Positions 27,100-40,680 of a DNA stretch of 64,000 bases are shown one piece after another. This DNA comes from Octopus sinensis (lineage: Eukaryota). Position numbers and translations under genes: made by a program. How positions within the stretch are numbered: position 1 is the first letter of the stretch; every line of letters starts with the position of its first letter. A model generated the notes under the pieces. That model had not been told where the DNA came from. It saw only the letters and a program-made list of their open reading frames with translations, and did not search any database. The stretch covers positions 21,390,001 to 21,454,000 of the forward strand of contig NC_043015.1 of the NCBI RefSeq assembly GCF_006345805.1, given 5' to 3'.

Positions 27100-27497
27100 A
27101 GTCATTGAACTGCGGTCATGCTGGGGCAATGCTTTGAAGGGTCAACTCAAACAAACCGACACCAATATTTATTTTAAAGCCTGGTACTTACTCAATCGAT
27201 CCATTTTGCTGAACAAATAAGTTACGGGTAACCAAAACAACGCGGGTGGTCACGCAGTGGTGGGTACAAATAATAAACAAATACACACTTATATACACTC
27301 AGGCGTATGCACACACTAGCACTCTCACATATATTCGCGACTAAGACCCAGAAAGCTTCCGTCAACTAAATTTTCTCACAAGGTAATTGGCCTGCCTGGG
27401 TCAAATAACAGAAAACCCTTGCCCAATGTATCACGCAGTGAGACTGAACTTCAAACCACGGGGTTGTAAAGCGAGATTCTTAACCACACAGCTTTAC
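27100..27497 (-). mobile_element. SINE family S2, diverged
   Basis: GCGGTCATGCTGGGGCA tail and TTGCCCAATGTATCACGCAGTGAGACTGAAC head region. Confidence 0.7.
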
Positions 27498-27693
27498 TTG
27501 TGTTTGTGTGGGTTTGACTATTTATATATACGTCTACGAAACAAACCTTGCTGTTAATTCTGAAGTGGTTTGATAGTATAGAAGATAGCACACTGACAAG
27601 GGTGAAAGAGGGAAAGACATTAGATTTAAAGACACATAAAAATCACAAAATACTCAGCCCTCGGCTTTCTTCCCTAAAAACTGTTCTCCACAG

Positions 27694-27791
27694 GTGGCAC
27701 CTACCTTCACGAGATTGAGCAGCTAAATTGGTTTCAATGTACACTCAAGCATCACGATGGAGAAAAGAAGAACACACGATGGAGGATTTGA
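27694..27791 (+). CDS. candidate terminal coding exon of an unidentified gene
   Basis: Pyrimidine-rich acceptor ..TTCTTCCCTAAAAACTGTTCTCCACAG| at 27693; open frame GTYLHEIEQLNWFQCTLKHHDGEKKNTRWRI*; AATAAA at 28279; no other exon or homolog recognised. Confidence 0.35.
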
Positions 27792-28029
27792 AGACGAGTT
27801 GTGTATCAAGTTTGGAAGCGTCATAGAACTGTGAACCAGAGACATCCAGTTGCTGAGCGGTAGCTACAACAACAGCAACAATAGTAGCAGCAGCAACCAG
27901 AGCGACGACGCCAACAACGACAAATCCCTTTCACGTAGACACAGAGACTCCGACGAAACACAATTGTCTGAGAAGCTGAATTAGGAAGATGATGAATATT
28001 GAAAACTTCAAACGATAAATTAACATATT

Positions 28030-28235
28030 GATTTCAAATTTTGGTACAAGGCCTGTAATTTCGGGGTAGGGTGTAAATCGATTGCATCGATCCCAGTGAT
28101 CCATTGCTACTTATTTAATCGAGAGGATGCAAGTCAAAGTCCAACATGGTGGAGTCTGAATTTAGAAACATGAAAGCAGATAAAATTCCGCTAAGAATTT
28201 TCTCCTGGGGTGCTACCGATTCCGCCAGCTCTCCA
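28030..28235 (-). mobile_element. SINE family S1, diverged
   Basis: GATTCCGCCAGCTC head end and ACTTATTTAATCGA domain. Confidence 0.65.
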
Positions 28236-28958
28236 CATTGCGGTAAATCAATATTTTAATACGTGGTATCATGCCACCAATAAAGTACATCGCATGTGAC
28301 TATGGTACTTCCATTTTGTAAGCGCCCTACATTTGTCCAAGTGTATGTATCGCAAATCATGCGTTTATAGCACCGTTGTAATTAACGGGAGAAGAGTAAT
28401 ACTATGTGTTCGGTCTGTTGGCAATTTTGAGCTTAGACCCTCAGCAAGAGACATTGGCAATAAAGAATGATCGTTATGGTCAATGTGGCCTATATTTAGA
28501 CGCTGTGTTAGTAGAGATTAAACTGTGATATGTATTATATAAGGAATGTTGATAAATAAATTTTGCATACAGATTCCACCCCATACCTACATATGCAGCG
28601 AGACGCTTTAAACATCAGGTCGGTTAACTGGACGGATGTTTGATGTCCTAAACTTAGCTTTCTACTTCATCACACACACACAAACCCGCGAAACCTAACG
28701 TTGAGAGAACGAGAGAGAGAGAAAGAGACAGTGGGAGAGAAGAAGAGAGGAAGAGAGAGAGAGAGAGAGATACAGAAACAGTCTACATCATACTCTAGCT
28801 CACGTGCCCACATCCACATATATCTGTATCTCTATTTATATTTCGTCTTACTTAATCGTTCCTCTCTCTCACTCTCTCGCTTTCTCACTCTCTCTCTTTC
28901 TCTCTCTCTCTCTATATATATATGTTTATATATATATATTATATATAGATACCTACAT

Positions 28959-29024
<66 letters not shown>

Positions 29025-29123
29025 TATATATAGATAGATAGCTATAGACATATATACATACATATACGTATATACAAAGACACTCATACATACATACATA
29101 TATATATATACATATATATATAT

Positions 29124-29154
<31 letters not shown>

Positions 29155-29203
29155 GATAGCTATAGACATATATACATACATATACGTATATACAAAGACA
29201 CTC

Positions 29204-29242
<39 letters not shown>

Positions 29243-29499
29243 AACGTGTGCGTATACACACACATATTCACATATTCATCCTTAGCATATCTAATACTAT
29301 ATGAGTCTATTCTCTCCATCCTTATCTCTGTTTCTCTCCTCAACACACACACACACATACACACACACACACAAATACACATCTACACATCTCTATATGT
29401 CGGTATTGACCAGGTATTGAACTATCACATAATCAATCAGTTAATGTGCGACCAAGTCAGAAACGAAATGTATTCAAGATATTCGAATCTGTTCATTAG

Positions 29500-30260
29500 A
29501 AATGAAAGGCTTTTTTGTCGTTTGATTCTATGAAACAATAGATATTTTCATTGTTACCTCCCTTTGTAGCTTCCCTTTTGTCTTGAATATCTCCGACCAA
29601 TTAATTGTATAGGAAGGTTTAATGAAGTGCAAACGCCAATCAAACAGATTCTGATGTATCGGATTACAATGAGAACACAAGAACCGTGATCGGTCATACA
29701 AATTTCCATCGATGGACCTTATGTACATTTCTCTTAATGTAGGTTGTCTTAATGTGATTCTACTCATAACTGCCAGCGTCGTTGATGTTGAATGACGTAA
29801 ACATATAAGAGATTGCCGTAGGAATTGGCTTTCTGTTAACTGAGTCGGTTACTTAGCAATTTGCCCATTTATCAACCTACTGACGGTGATTATTCGTTCA
29901 TGAATAGCCATTATCGACACCGAATATAATATTTTCTCTCGAATTAATGTCCTCGGGGTTCCTTCGTTCGATGAATAATGCGCTTTGTCCTCTTGACAGA
30001 ACCCCTTATCCTGACGTGGTTTGTTAGTGATATTTAGCCGCAAGTTAGCCTTGATTGAAAATTTCTTCTGAATAATTGTATTTCCACCATGGCCCTCCCG
30101 CTGGTTTAAGCGGATTCTAAGAAAATATTGCCTTATCCGTGTTATATTCGTGAGAAAGGAGAGAGGTTGATTAGGGGTGAGGATTTTGCAGTAAGTGTTA
30201 CTTTCTATCAATCTCCCAGTGGACTCCTGCATTAATATCATTTGGGACAGGTTCAACTCG
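29500..30260 (-). pseudogene. possible Helitron PIF1-type helicase remnant
   Basis: HGGNTIIQKKFSI resembles the GG.T.HS.F.I motif of PIF1 helicases; surrounding frames broken; resemblance only. Confidence 0.4.
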
Positions 30261-30699
30261 TGCTTGTTAGAGTTTCATTGAATGAAGTTAAGGATGCGGT
30301 TTTGCAAGTTTCATTTTATGCATATGTTTGATATGGTTCATATTCAACTTGAATATCTTCAAGTATATATTAGCAAAGAGAAAGTCTGCAAACTCTAATA
30401 GCCGGATTGAAAAAAGGCATTTTAGGCAGGCATTCGGAAACGATTATATAAGGTAAACGTGGCTTGTTATGTGTGAAACACCAGAAATGCTAGAGAGACA
30501 CGAAGAATAGAAAGGCATTTGTCTGTTTGTTTAGAATTACTTATAAAACTACAGCGAAGAGATGTTTGTGTCGTTTTTACCAAAAGGTCTACACTTTAGA
30601 CATTGCAGTATTTTGGTAAAAGTGTTTTGTTTCATGTGTAACAAGAAATAGCAACATACAGGATGTCTATCTTGGCCTTAAAGAATGGTGAATAGAATA

Positions 30700-31500
30700 A
30701 GGAAAGTTATCTAGGGACGACTACGATCAAAAACTGAACGTGAGCTGTTGAAAATCGAAGGACATATTCGGATGGAAATAATCTTGATACTGTCGAGTAT
30801 GTATGATTGTCTGTTACATCACCCATACAATTTTCTTTCTGCCTCTCATATAGACTTTCTCATCTTTTGGGACTGTAAGGTCATTTACGTGACACTTTTC
30901 ATCCTCCTTGTCTTCTACAATTAAACCAGGCCATCTAGCTTCTCTTTGTCAGTCTGAATATAAAAATTCCACATCATATATTTCCTAATTTCTAGCATTT
31001 TACTTGGTTCATCTTCACACCACTTATCTCATGGTCAAATCCTTGCTTTCTACATAATTCCTTGTAGATTATTCTCCCCTATCTTTTCTTACATTCTTTC
31101 GGTGCAAGCATATTACATTCACAAACTATATGAATAACACTTCCTTCTTTGATTTGCATAACCCACATTGGAATCTACCTGATTTTTCCATCTTGGCTCT
31201 TATCCCGTTAGTCCCCAAAATTTGATCTTGTGCTTGCAATTAACAAACGTTCTGCCTCCCTGCTTAGCCTTCCCTTCTGCAATCTCAACTATGTCACACT
31301 ATTACTACTTTCTGCAACTATCTTTATCTACCATGCAAAGCCTTCGCCTTTCTGTCAGATAATCTTTATTATTTTTCTAATTTTTAACTACTTTTGATAT
31401 TTTAGTTTCCCTCTCTCCTCCGTTACTCTAACAGCTCTCAATAAACTTTCTTCACTATTTCCTATATCGGAGCCTATATCTACTCTAGCCATTTCCATGC
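30700..31500 (-). mobile_element. R4/Dong-type RLE LINE remnant
   Basis: Minus-strand fragments LSREAERLLIA and YDVEFLYSD*QREARWPGLIVEDKEDEKCHVND match LKRETESLLIAAQ and ILWDF.IQTD..IEARRPDIV patterns. Confidence 0.6.
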
Positions 31501-31689
31501 AGTCTTCTGCTGGTATAAAACATACTTTTAAGGTATGTACAATCTTTCCACTCCTGGTCTAGAATGAAGTACTTCATCCATATTGAATTCCTTTTTAGTT
31601 TGTTCTTTTTGAGTATTGAAAGCAGAGATAAATGAAAATTTCAAGGAAGAATTACAAAAAGGACATGAAAAAGCATTAAACCACAAGGG

Positions 31690-32170
31690 ACAAACGATCA
31701 GTTCCATGTAGCAACGATAGAAGTTGCTGGAAATCAGGTAGGATTGGATGAAGAAAGAAACCTTGAAAATAGAGACTGAGAGCAATCTACTGGCAGCGCA
31801 AGACGAAGTTTTGACAGGAACTGGAGGGTCAACCTTAGAAATGAACAAGTATGCCCGTTATAGTGCATCTGTAGTAGAGTGGACGAAACCATTGCCCACA
31901 CCACGAACGAATGCCCTAAACTTGCCCAAAACCACTACAAGGTGAGCTGATGCGATAAGCGAGCGAAAGTGCTACTTTGGAAACTGTGAGAGAGTGGGGC
32001 CTGGAGAGCGGCAAAACGAGATATGAGCACAAGCCACAGAGAGAGGTGGTGTTGAAGACTAGCAAAATCCTCTGCGATTTCCAAATCCAAACAGCTCAGG
32101 GGCTAGAGCAGAGACCTAGTGGTGTTGGGCATGATGCACCCACCAAACAAACGCATTACTAAAATACCAT
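31690..32170 (+). mobile_element. R4/Dong-type RLE LINE remnant
   Basis: MKKETLKIETESNLLAAQDEVL and REWGLESGKTRYEHKP..KILCDFQIQT. Confidence 0.8.
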
Positions 32171-33274
32171 ATGAGGCAACATAAGATGAGTAACAGTCAT
32201 GAATAGTCGTCGAGCCACAATAACATAGATTGTTCTTATGTCACAGTTTTGTGAGTCATAATATATGCAGCATGCCAAAATTAGTGCCTAATTAGAAACG
32301 GTACTAAGACTTTAATTGATTACTTTTATGTTTTACTCAATGAATGAACATTTAAATCATTATTAGACCATCTTTGATCATATTGTAACTGTTAACACTG
32401 ATATCATGTACTGAGTTTACGTTTGGTTAATTTAACCATTTGTTTTTATTATGTTTAAATTCTGAATTTTAATATTATGTAAGGATTTGGTTATATTTTA
32501 TATACTTTGTATGTTGGATTATAGTGCTAAGCAGCGATGCATTACTGAGGATTTACTTGACAATATAACTCTTATCGGAAGCAACATTTTTATTCCCATT
32601 TCTAGCCTCGGCTACAAACGGGGTTAAAGGGAAATTATAAAATACAAGGAGAATAGGATAATCGCTCGTATTGGATTCTCGTTTATATCACCATCGTTTC
32701 AATATGAATCATAGCAGTAAGATAATAAGTGTGCTCGAAGCAAACGCTTATACATCTTTTATACGGAAACTATACTTAGATCTGGTCAAGAAATAAATAT
32801 GCAAATTATTTCCTGTCTGTTCAGCATCAAAGTCTGGGCATTAACAAGTAAGGGAAGTTTCTTAACAAACTCGTTTCGCTGAACAGATTCAATAGCTTTA
32901 TTTGATTTTCATCCTTATTTATCTTCAGAAAGTAAGACGTGTCAATCAAATACGTTCAAATGTTCTTAAATAACAAGGTAACCGAAAGATTGACATTAAA
33001 TATAATGTACAAAGCAAATATCAATCCATTTCATACAATTTGAATGATTGGCAAAGAAGCAATTAATATATGCTATTATTTATAGATAAGGTTGTGTGAA
33101 TACCAGTTCTGCATCTTGTTAGAAGATTAGACAATACGAAAATTCCATTAGGGGATTGACATAGTTAAAGAAAATAGGCTTAATCGTGCCGAGGAGATAA
33201 AGGGGATTTAGACTTCTAATTTAATGCATGAAAACAGGAGTTTGATAGTGATGAAACCTCACATGACTAAGGTG

Positions 33275-33369
<95 letters not shown>

Positions 33370-33813
33370 GTGTGTGTGTGTGTGTGTGTGTGTATAAATA
33401 TATATATTTATATATATAAGCATATATGTATATATGCATATGTGTATATATATAATATGCATATACACAAACATGTCTGTGTACATGTATATATATGTGG
33501 GTGGGTGGGTGTTTGTGTGTGTGTGGAGCATATATTATACATGTCTACTATATGCATTGTAATGTTGCTGTTGTCCAGGCAGATCAGAGAAGGAATCATG
33601 AAATAATAGGTGATCAGGATGTTGCAGTCTTGGTTGCAAACAGGATGTCTAGTACGTCCTCTGCACACGGTCTCAGCTGGACCGTCAATTCACGTCCGAA
33701 GAGAAAAAACTACAAATAGTCGCCCACACTATCTAAGGCCTTATTTTCACAACGATGCCGTCTAATAGCACACACTATGTCTCTGGCTTTTGAAGTTTTA
33801 TATATGAAAATGT

Positions 33814-33857
33814 GCACTGAAGAGATGCAGAAATAGCCCGAAACCATGCTGGTCTGC
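33814..33857 (+). ncRNA. type I hammerhead motif, family D
   Basis: GCA-CTGAAGA-GATGCAGAAATAGCCC-GAA-ACCA-TGC-TGGT-C-TGC: hairpin helix III, GUC site, short helix I, weak stem II. Confidence 0.55.
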
Positions 33858-34279
33858 TGGTCCCAGCGCTAGAAGGTGGTATGGGTTCTCTCCCCTGCTC
33901 GCAATATTTCGGATGCAGCTGTGCATCGTTACCCAGTTAGAGGATATGTCCTCTTGGGATTAAAAGAATCGCATTAAGGTCCATTTCAACGGACAGCCAT
34001 GATGAAATGGCTACAAACATTACTTACTAGTACAACTACTGCGTTCATCTCTTAGAAACATTTTAGAACTGGCATTTTTGCTTCTTGCAAAATCAGCAGC
34101 TGCATGTCAATTGAATCACTAGTAGTCGATTTTCTCTACTCAAGGCAACGCTGAGGCGTCGCCACAGTCAAATGACTAAAAGAAATAAAAGAATATATAT
34201 ATACATATACATATATACATTCATATATAGATACAGACTCACACTCACACACACACATATATACACGTATATGTATATA

Positions 34280-34319
<40 letters not shown>

Positions 34320-35293
34320 TATATAGACATATATATAGACACATATATATGCATATGTAATCGTAGGTATGTTTGTATGCCTGTGTGCATGTGCGTACAT
34401 ATTTTTATGTATGGGGAGTGTATGTATATATCGATCTTTTTATCAATATATTTATATGTATTTGCATACATGCGTGTGTGCGCGCTTGCGTACATGTGTG
34501 TGTGTGTATGTGTGTGTGTGTGTACATATACGCATAAATTCACACAGAGACGGGCACACACACAGATCCATAGATATATGTACATTCATGGCTTTAGCTC
34601 GGGAGCTGCTGCAATGCAGGGGCATAACCGTTCGTTTTGCTACATTTTAACTGCTTGAAACTGTCTCTGATATGTGTAAAATGCCGAGGGTGTCATAACT
34701 AGCCGAAATTTCGAAGTCGCTGCTAAAAATTTTGTGGCTGAAGAATAAATTTGTACTCTATAAAATTATAGAGTAACATATCTTCCTTAAAATGTTTCTG
34801 CTTCAAAGCTGCGGTCATGCTGGGGCACCACCGTTGACTGAGCTACACCATTATTTCAAACTTCCTCTGCTATGTGGCATTCGATCAATAAGGGAGATTG
34901 ATCTGTGTTTCCTGCCGTGAGGTAGGCTAGTCTGGAACGCTTGACAGGACGAGATCCAGTCTTCTTTCAAAAACACTTGCATCTACATTTTGCAGGTCTC
35001 TCAGGCATTTTGGGAGGATCTTAAAGAGCTGTGGGCTCTTGTAACCAGAGATGAGGCTCTTACAGGAGGTGGTTGTATTTTTCACCACAACTTTCTCTCA
35101 CTCTTTCTTCCTCTTTCTTTTGTACCTGTATTTCAAAGGGCCAGCCTGTGTCACGCTAAATCTCTCCGAGAATTAAGCCAAGGGTACACATATCTGTGTA
35201 ATGCTCAGCCACTTACACGTTAATTTCAAGAATAGGATGTTCTGTTGATCGGATCGACTGGAACCCTCGTCGCCGTAACCGACAGGTGTCGTA

Positions 35294-35344
<51 letters not shown>

Positions 35345-35607
35345 ACTACAACGTGGAAGGCCTTTATAAGAAGCACACAAAAACATTTAGTTTAAATTCA
35401 AAATCGAATTTGTCAGAATATTTTCGCCGCTTTGAAAACGCGACCTATTCACTGACAAAATTCCGTTCCGTCAGTGAACAGGTCGCGGTTTCAAGGCGAC
35501 GAAGATATTCTGAAAAATTAAATTCAAATGTTGAAGTGAATCTAACGGGTTTTCTGTGCTTTTAAATGGCTCATAAGCACCTTCCACTCTACAATTGTTT
35601 TGTTTCA

Positions 35608-36008
35608 AAGGCGGCGAGCTGGCAGAAACGTTAGCACGCCGGGCGAAATGCGTAGCCGTATTTCATCTGCCATAACGTTCTGAGTTCAAATTCTGCCGAG
35701 GTCGACTTTGCCTTTCATCCTTTCGGGGTCGATAAATTAAGTACCAGTTACGCACTGGGGTCTATATGGTCGACTTAATCCGTCTGTCTGTCCTTGTTTG
35801 TCTCTTCTGTGTTTAGCTCCTTGAGGGTACTAAAGAAATAGGTATATCGTCAGTCTTTACGTTATGAGTTCAAATTCAGCCTAGGTCGACTTTACCTTTC
35901 ATCATTTCGGGGTCGATAAATTAAATACCACTTGCGTACTGGGAATGATCTAATCGACTGGCCCCCACTCCCCGAAAATTTCGGGCCTTGCGCCTAGGCT
36001 AGAAAGAA
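35608..36008 (+). mobile_element. SINE family S1, dimer, well preserved
   Basis: GGCGGCGAGCTGGCAGAAACGTTAGCACGCCGGGCGAAATGC head, two domain modules, tail. Confidence 0.9.
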
Positions 36009-36123
36009 ATTGTTTTTCTTTCAGCCCACTATCTCATATCAAGTCTCTTGCTATGCAAATACATCTCCGTAATATACATAAATATATTTATGTATCTATG
36101 TATATATATATACATACATACAT

Positions 36124-36210
<87 letters not shown>

Positions 36211-37441
36211 AGTTAAGGACTGGGGTTGATACAATCGACTTACACTCTCCCCCGAAGTTGCTGGCCTTGTGCAAAAGTTGAAATCGATTTAGACATAAAA
36301 TCATGCACGCACATACACACACACACACACACTCATATATATATAGATGTTGCTGATATACATATATACGGAAGCATGTATCTGTATACATATATATATT
36401 TTCACAGACAGGCAGACACACACATACGCACACACGCGCGCACACACACACACCTATATATATAATTTGTGTTTGTGTGAGTATGTATGTGTGCGTGCGA
36501 GTGCGCGCGCGTTTCTGTGTATGTACATATTATATATGTATATCTAATCATGAATGAATGATTTCTCCTGTATTATTCTCTACCAAACAAACTCCCATTC
36601 TGCTGTAGCAAACCAACAAACCTATATTGATACGATGATATGAAAGCAATTCTTTGTGATAATTACAAAATGTTCACAGTCTTCCATACTGCATTCCTCA
36701 CCCATCATCCTTTCTTTAATCTCTTCCGATACAATCTTGTTAAAACTTTCCTGAATATCGTAATAACTGAATAAATATTTACCTTATATTCTCCGAGATA
36801 TTAAAAGCAAACATTAATTTAATCTAGAGCATAATTATTATAAATTCCTTGACTAATGTTCATAATTACTCCAGAGAAAAGAGGAAAAGAATAAAGGATG
36901 GCAGAGCGACAAACGGTGAGGGAGAGAGAGAAAGAGAGAGTGGAGAGAGAGAGTGGAGAGAAAGAAAGGGAGTAAGTGAGATCAATTCAAACCAGAGATT
37001 AAAAATATTTGACAAAGATTTTCCTTGAAATAAATATTGAATTATCACACAATGCCGAAGCTATGAGATTTTCTATGAGAGATAAATTGAGATGTTTGAA
37101 GTGCGTGTAGGGGCGCGTACGCGCGTGTGTACTTGTGTTTAAGCATGTCAATATATGTGCTTGTATGTGTGTGTGTGTGTGTGGTGTGTTTGCGTGTGTG
37201 TGTGTGTGTGTGTGTGCGATATTGCCAATGGTATTAAAATTTACCGAAGGGAAATATAAACGAGGAATCAGAACCTAGTGGAAGAGGCAGCTACACAAGG
37301 ACTTGCTTTTAACAAAATCGAGCTTTGATACGTCTATGCACGTATGTAAGCACGTATCTACTTATATATGTACGTATTAATAACAGTGTTTGTGTGTGTA
37401 TATATATATATATATATACACATATATATATATACCCCACC

Positions 37442-37480
<39 letters not shown>

Positions 37481-38325
37481 ATATTATATATATATATATA
37501 CATATATATACCCCACCATATATATATATATATATATATATGAATATATGTATATGTATGCATGCATGTATGCCTTCTACGGTTTAGTATTCGAATCGAT
37601 TAATCGTTATATCTTTATCAAGCGCTATTTCATATTGTTTTACTTATGAAAAATGCGATTATTTTAATCTGCAATCGTATATCCATTTCATCGATATGAT
37701 ATAATGAATGGTGGAACACTTTAGATTGTCATATAACCTCTAATTCTCTTTCTCTCACTGGTGACATCGTTGACAAGAACTCGCCACAGGTAGTGTAGAG
37801 TTCGGTTGCCTATTCACTGCTTTCATCATCAATCCACTGCCAACACTAATTTACCATTTTGATGCTTGGGTGGAATCACCCCAAATGTTATGTTCTCTGT
37901 CCAGTAGAAACGCAGCAACGATGTGTTAAGACCTTTCCAGTGTCGAACGAAACTCGTGGTTGCCTTTGCTTGACAAAGGCTGAGAGTGGAAATTGTGCGT
38001 GTGGATAATCGTTAATGACTCAATGATTACATGATAATGAGCTTTTGAGAGTATCATATACATATAGACATACATGCATACATGCTTACATACGTACATA
38101 CAAAAATACATGCATAATACATACACACATACACACACACACAAACACACACACACACAACACACACATATATGTACGCATGTATTACATATATGTATGT
38201 ATGGAAGAATGGATTGATGGGTGTATGGAAGTCTATATACTAATATATAATAACAGAGGGAGAGAGGGGGACAGAGAAATAAAATAAGAAAGAAAGAAAG
38301 AAAGAAATAGGGATGAAACAGTATT

Positions 38326-38366
38326 GTTTTAATCGGATGAAAGTCTTAATTCCGAAACGTCAAGAC
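38326..38366 (+). ncRNA. degenerate hammerhead-like motif
   Basis: CGGATGA-AAGTCTTAATTCC-GAAA-CG-TC-AAGA; core has U4G and helices are poor. Confidence 0.3.
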
Positions 38367-38624
38367 ACCTTTCTTCCCACAGTAAAGGGACTAACTTCAA
38401 ATTCCTAAATTTCAATGGTACATCTATGACACTGCTGCAACTTCTCCTCCAATTGTATTATAGAGGTGTAGAATGGATTGAGAGCCTTAAGGGAAACAAG
38501 AATTTTGTGTCATTTCATGGACATCACTAGGATGATAAAAGAGTGAACATCAACAAGAGAACTAAATAAACATAAAGGAATCCAAAATGGATTTCGTATT
38601 CTTATGCAGGGAAACAAACGAATT

Positions 38625-38870
38625 CTTTATGCTATAGGATCATATTCATGGTGATGATGATGATAACGTGGATGATGATGTCGACGACGACGACGGTGGT
38701 GGTGCTGCTGAGGAGGGTTTTGATATCGGTAATGGTGGTAGTGGTGGTGCGGTTAGTGGTTGTGATGGATGCGGCCGCGATGGCAAGAACGACTACGACG
38801 AGGACATCCATGACCACCACGATGTAAATGATGATCATGACGATAATGATAATGATGATGATATAAGTTG
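38625..38870. repeat. (GAT)/(GAC)/(GGT) low-complexity tract
   Basis: Direct reading. Confidence 0.85.
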
Positions 38871-38924
38871 ACGAGCATGTGTTTACCTTTGGATCAGGAA
38901 CTCCTTGATAGACACTGAATACGT

Positions 38925-39265
38925 TTAGTCGAACAAATGAACCCCAGGACCAATTCTTTATAGGTCTAGTACTTATTCTACCGGTCTCTTTGGCCGAACC
39001 ACTAAGTTAGGGAGACGTAAACACACCATCATCAGTTGTCAAGTGATGGTGGGAGGACAAACAAAGACACTCACACACATGCATATATATACATATACAC
39101 GACGGTCTTCTTCCAGTTTCCGTCTAACAAATCCTCTCACAACTGTTTGGTCGGACCGTGGCTATAGTAGAAATCACTCCCCCAAGGTGCCATGCAATGG
39201 CACTGAACCCAGAACCATGTGGCTGGTAAGCAAGCTACATACCACACAGCAACTCCTGCGCCTAT
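38925..39265 (-). mobile_element. SINE family S2
   Basis: Near full-length match to the copies at 3670 and 49005. Confidence 0.85.
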
Positions 39266-39654
39266 ATAGCAGACTATTAAGTTTTCATTGGGTTTTATTA
39301 AAGACTTATGAATATTTGTATCTTATATAATTACAAAATATTAGTATTTTAAATGTATAATTTTTCGAATGCGACCTCTGTAAGTGTTGCGGTGGGGGTT
39401 AACCTCAGTGTGGCTTTCCAAACTATAAAGTGTTCTGAACTTGATCTTAGAAGTAATGGTAATATGAAACGAAGATAATGTAAACAGCTGCAGACTTTAC
39501 ATTAGTGCGATTTGAAACGATAATAATACAAGTAATCCATGGTCGGTATTTTGTATATAGAGTTTATTTTTACATAGGGAAATTTTTACACGACAGATGA
39601 GGAAAAAATGTCTTAGAGTGTCAGCTGTTCACTACCAGTTAACTAAGGTAACAC

Positions 39655-40005
39655 CTCTTATTTTTCGAGCACCTACCGGAATATTCCAGCGGTTTTAAGC
39701 AGTGCTGTTTTATGCAAGTGCTCCACTCTTATTGCTGCCCCTATTTATTCCATGTACTTCTCAAGATTTTTACTTACTGTTCCCAAAGCCCCCATAGTGA
39801 TTGGCACTACTAGCACCTTTTCCATCGACGACAACTGCTTAAACTCCCAAGCTAACCTGTCATATCTATCGACTTTTCTTCCTTCTTTATCGCATATCTT
39901 GTCAGCTGGGCATCCTATATCTATGATCCAGCATCGTTTGCTTTCTTTCTCAATTAAGTCTATATCTAGCTTCCTATTCTATAGCTCATGGTCGCACTGA
40001 ATCAT
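39655..40005 (-). mobile_element. R4/Dong-type RLE LINE 3' remnant
   Basis: LIEKESKRCWIIDIGCPADK..KVDRYDRLAWEFKQL..VVPITMGALGTVSKNLEKY..EHLHKTALLKTAGIFR; abuts (ATT)n. Confidence 0.85.
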
Positions 40006-40010
40006 AAAGT

Positions 40011-40140
<130 letters not shown>

Positions 40141-40680
40141 ACAATTTAAGCAAATAAATATTCGGTTGTTTGATTTATTGTTTGTTCAACTAACCAGCTA
40201 GTTTTCTTAAAACCCATTCGTTGCTCTTGGCAACCTCATCATTGATGTTCTCTGAATACTCCAAGTCTGCCTCGGGTTGGTTTGCTTGTCACCTAGTTTC
40301 AAGGGTCTGCATTTATATTTATTTGGATGTAACTGAGAAATGTATGCAGAGGGAAAGAGAAAGAGGGGAGAATGTGTAAGTATGTATGCGTGAGAATAGG
40401 GCCTGCACACCATATACAGAGTGGTCGAAATGCTGGTATATAGTTATGAAAAATAGAAAGTACGTACAATACTGAAAACGATTAAAAGTTACGGAATTTA
40501 AATGTTACAATGAATATCATTTTGTTAAGATACATGTATTATAATTAATGAGATTGAAAATATCAAAACTGACGCTAATTTGATGTAGTAATACTTTCAA
40601 TTAATTAAATATTATAACTTTGATGTGATGCCTATTTTTGCACCCCACCGTATGTGTGTGTGTATATATATATATATATA

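Noticed and set aside
27757-27984. In-frame TGA ORF (MEKRR..IEL*TRDIQ..KLN*) as a selenoprotein or readthrough gene
   Set aside because: The second half is CAA/CAG low complexity, no SECIS was recognised, and a different frame fits the splice acceptor better
38668-38871. Asp/Gly-rich ORF
   Set aside because: Trinucleotide-repeat derived; no support for coding
40413-40651. Tc1-derived MITE
   Set aside because: Terminal inverted similarity too weak to support
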